DNA of 63,985 nucleotides, the filler included, from Octopus bimaculoides (taxonomy: Eukaryota): the NCBI RefSeq assembly GCF_001194135.2. It is 7 parts of 5 records of this genome, joined end to end, with 100 filler letters (N's around TTAATTAATTAA, not from the genome) between each part and the next. Parts side by side here need not be neighbours in the genome. Positions count along the whole stretch, not along the records: positions 57,233 to 62,663 come from NC_068987.1; positions 62,764 to 63,985 come from NC_069006.1; 5 more parts are not named here. One strand, 5' to 3'. Made by a program: the position numbers and the translations under genes. Positions 60,947-63,985 of this stretch are shown one piece after another (position 1 is the first letter of the stretch; each line of letters starts with the position of its first letter). The notes under the pieces are model-generated. The model did not search any database. It was not told where the DNA came from and worked only from the letters and a program-made list of their open reading frames with translations.

Positions 60947-61538
60947 TATGGCTCAATAGACATTGGCTCTGTAAAATGTAGCTTTTGCATGATTCGAAAT
61001 GTTTCCGGTGGCTTTTTTTTTTCTGTTTTTTTTTTTTTTTTTTTTTTGTCAGTTCTACAGATGAACTAATTTCTTTTCGCTGTGTTATCTTTTCTCTGTT
61101 TCAGAATTCTCCCTTCTGGAAGTGTCCTCTTTTTGTATTTGCATCATTTAGCATTTTCGTTTAAAAAAAAAAAGGAAAAAAGACAACAACGCGAACCCAA
61201 GCGAAAGAATATCATTGTTCACGAGATAGGAATGTGTCAAACAGCAAGGAACAGATACGGCATTAAAAACAATGAGGGGGAAAGCAGATAAATACAAGTA
61301 GCTAGAGGTTCTTTTGATGATAATACCACTGTTAAAGTCACAGCAGAGACATTGTAGCGGAAAATTTCCCGTCGAATGTTCGGGTAGTCTTCATAGATAC
61401 TGAGCGAAAATGAACAATTACAAGAAGCACGTCAATATAAGCAACAACAAAAAACATGTACAACAAAAAATCATACAAAACAATAGTAATAACATGTATA
61501 AGACAGGTAAGGAAGTAACAAAAATGATGACAGCAACA

Positions 61539-61745
61539 CTTAACCCTTTAACATTCAAACCACCCATATCAGCCCCAAATCATCCACCTGTTTATGTTCA
61601 AACGAACAAGACCTGGCCCCTCACATCTAACTTACAATGTCATTCTGATAATAAAGAATCAAATTTTATCACTACCGGATGATGCGTGATTAATATTAAC
61701 TAATGTGAATAAATAAGCCTTACATTTGAAAGAGAAATATGAACA
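61539..61745. mobile_element. Truncated piggyBac-like MITE
   Basis: Begins ttaaccctttaacattcaaacc; right end interrupted by a SINE. Confidence 0.4.
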
Positions 61746-62790
61746 CTAGAAAAAAAACGAAAAAGAAAACAAGCGCTAGCACGCCGGGTGAAATGCTTAG
61801 CGGAATTTCGTGTCTTTACATTCTGAGTTCAAATTTCGCCGAGGTCGACTTTGCCTTTCATCCTTTCGGGGTCGATAAATTGAGTACCAGTTGTGTAATG
61901 AGGTCCATCTAATTGACTGGCCTCCTCCCCAAAATCCTGGGCCTTGTGCCTAGAGTAGAAAAGAATATGAATACTAAAACATTAAAAAATATATATTCAT
62001 CTGTGTCATTCACCGTTTCTCGTAAAAAGATTTATATATTGAAATATTTTAGCCGTATAACTTTATCCAAGGTTATGAGAAATCCAACGGAGAAGACGCA
62101 TTTTAGGATTTACTTTCCCATTAAAGCCTTTTGCTTTGGGTGTGCGCCGAGCTCAGATATATTTTAGACGATGTGCAACGATTTTGAGTAAGGTTATGGT
62201 TCGCTTCGTTTTGTTCATATTCTTATCTGCTTCATTTATTATTGGAACTTGTTTGCTTGGAATGTTCCTAAATTCATTCGTAGTGTCTTTCCACAGTGAA
62301 AGTTTCTTCTTCACATGCAGCTCATGTCAGCACAGATCGTGCACGTATCTATATATAATGATACAGTATCTTTCATATTTCACTTGTTTCAGTTATTGAA
62401 CTGCGGCCATGCTGGGGTACTGCCTTAAGAGTTCAGCCGCACAAATGAACGTAAGTACTTCTATTGTTTTTTTTTCTTGTAAACCATGATACTTATTCCG
62501 TCGGTGATTTTTCCCCGCATCGCTACCTTACGTGGACATAAACAAACCAACACCGGTTTTCAAGCTGTGGTGGGGGAAATGCACACAGACTCACATAGAC
62601 ATATACATATGTTTGGGAATATACATACATACATACATAAATATATATATATATATATATATANNNNNNNNNNNNNNNNNNNNNNNNNNNNNNNNNNNNN
62701 NNNNNNNTTAATTAATTAANNNNNNNNNNNNNNNNNNNNNNNNNNNNNNNNNNNNNNNNNNNNTATATATATATATATATATATATATAT

Positions 62791-63241
62791 CAATTACAAA
62801 GAATACAGGGACTTCTACGTCTTCAAATTTCTCTTTTAATTTTAACAGTTAATTATAAAGCATAATTGGTTAAGTGACCGACACGTGTTTCTGCTGCATA
62901 GACAATGTGTAGTTGCATATTCAACCTGCTATGCACCTTTACGAGGTCAGATACAAAGTAAATCTGATAGCCATACCAAGCTTTAACATCTTTCCTTCAC
63001 TTTCTTTTTGTATCTAAAAACCAAAGTAAAATAAATAAGCGAGCCAACATAAATAAACTCAGACGATGCTTGTGAAAAGTTCTGAATGTAGGTGCAAAGT
63101 AGATTACTGTGGATTGCATATTATCTACGCAGCAGAAACACGTGTCGGTTATTTTAACCAATTATGCTGTAGAATAGACTGTTGTATTTAAAAGAAACAT
63201 TTGAAGCTGTACCGATTTCTGTTCTGCATTCTTTGTAATTG
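62791..63241. repeat. Foldback element, ~130-bp diverged inverted arms
   Basis: caattacaaagaat...gaccgacacgtgtttctgctgcatagacaat versus attatctacgcagcagaaacacgtgtcggtt...attctttgtaattg. Confidence 0.8.
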
Positions 63242-63590
63242 CTTTGGATGTACGCTCCTGAAAATTTTCATAATCCAGTGAAGCGAACCCGTCAGTTATT
63301 CATCAGAATAATAATGGGGTTGCTTGCTCTAATGAATCCTTGGTGCTTCTTACTACTTGATGTGGTTAGCTGGAATCCGAACTAGACCTGAGGGCTCTTA
63401 CAATACCATTATATATATATAATTATTACAATTAAAAGGGTAAAGGTTTATCAATTTATTAATTTATCAATAAATTAACAATTAATAATTTTTACCAGGC
63501 CCTTCGGTATGTAAACACCATTATCGGTGGAGAACTTATTTAAAAGTTCTTATACATTTATAAACATAATTAAGGGATCAGCAACAGTTG

Positions 63591-63985
63591 CTTCACCACA
63601 TACCGAAGTCCAGAAATAGCAGCTAAAATGCTGAGACTCCAACAGATAGCATTACTTGTAACTCACAAAGGCAAAACAAGAAGAAAAAACAACGAAAACT
63701 AACCAGTCGAACTTAATCATAGACGCGTTTCTGGCTTAGGAGCGATAAACTCTCCATTTCCTCATCGGTATGATATTCCAGTTGCAAATTCGACGATGCT
63801 AGCATTTGCAACTGGAATATCATACTGATGAGGAAATGGAGAGTTTATCGCTCCTATGATTAACTTCGACTGGTTAGTTTTCGTTGTTTTTTCTTCTTGT
63901 TTTGCCTTTGTGAGTTACAAGTAATGCTATCTGTTGGAGTCTCAGCATTTTAGCTGCTATTTCTGAACTTCGGTATGTGGTGAAG
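63591..63985. repeat. Long near-perfect palindrome (arms 63591-63789 and 63804-end), Penelope pLTR-like, with hammerhead-like motif
   Basis: Arms are reverse complements except for a few substitutions and one 17-nt indel. Confidence 0.9.

Overview
Repeat-rich, AT-rich animal genomic DNA with many N gaps. The SINE families, microsatellite load and TTAATTAATTAA gap linkers suggest an octopus (inference). The only host gene I can support is a minus-strand, 11-exon 3' portion of a long coiled-coil protein gene. The exons span 26016 to 3526, phases are consistent, and they give about 387 aa ending [29 protein letters not shown], most similar to CCDC154. Its 5' exons are lost at a scaffold join at ~26.1 kb. 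The rest is transposon-derived: one full-length mariner (757-2053) and several fragments, Penelope-like, R4/Dong, L1/Tx1 and RTE retroelements, a Helitron, a Gypsy LTR/gag, a pogo/Tigger fragment, MITEs and three tRNA-headed SINE families. The most unusual signal is a set of about 7 minimal type I hammerhead-ribozyme-like motifs. Two belong to a ~360-bp tandem repeat family with covarying stem I (a candidate retrozyme or Penelope-dependent element), and one lies in a long palindrome at the window end. Exon coordinates were checked by hand; repeat boundaries are approximate.
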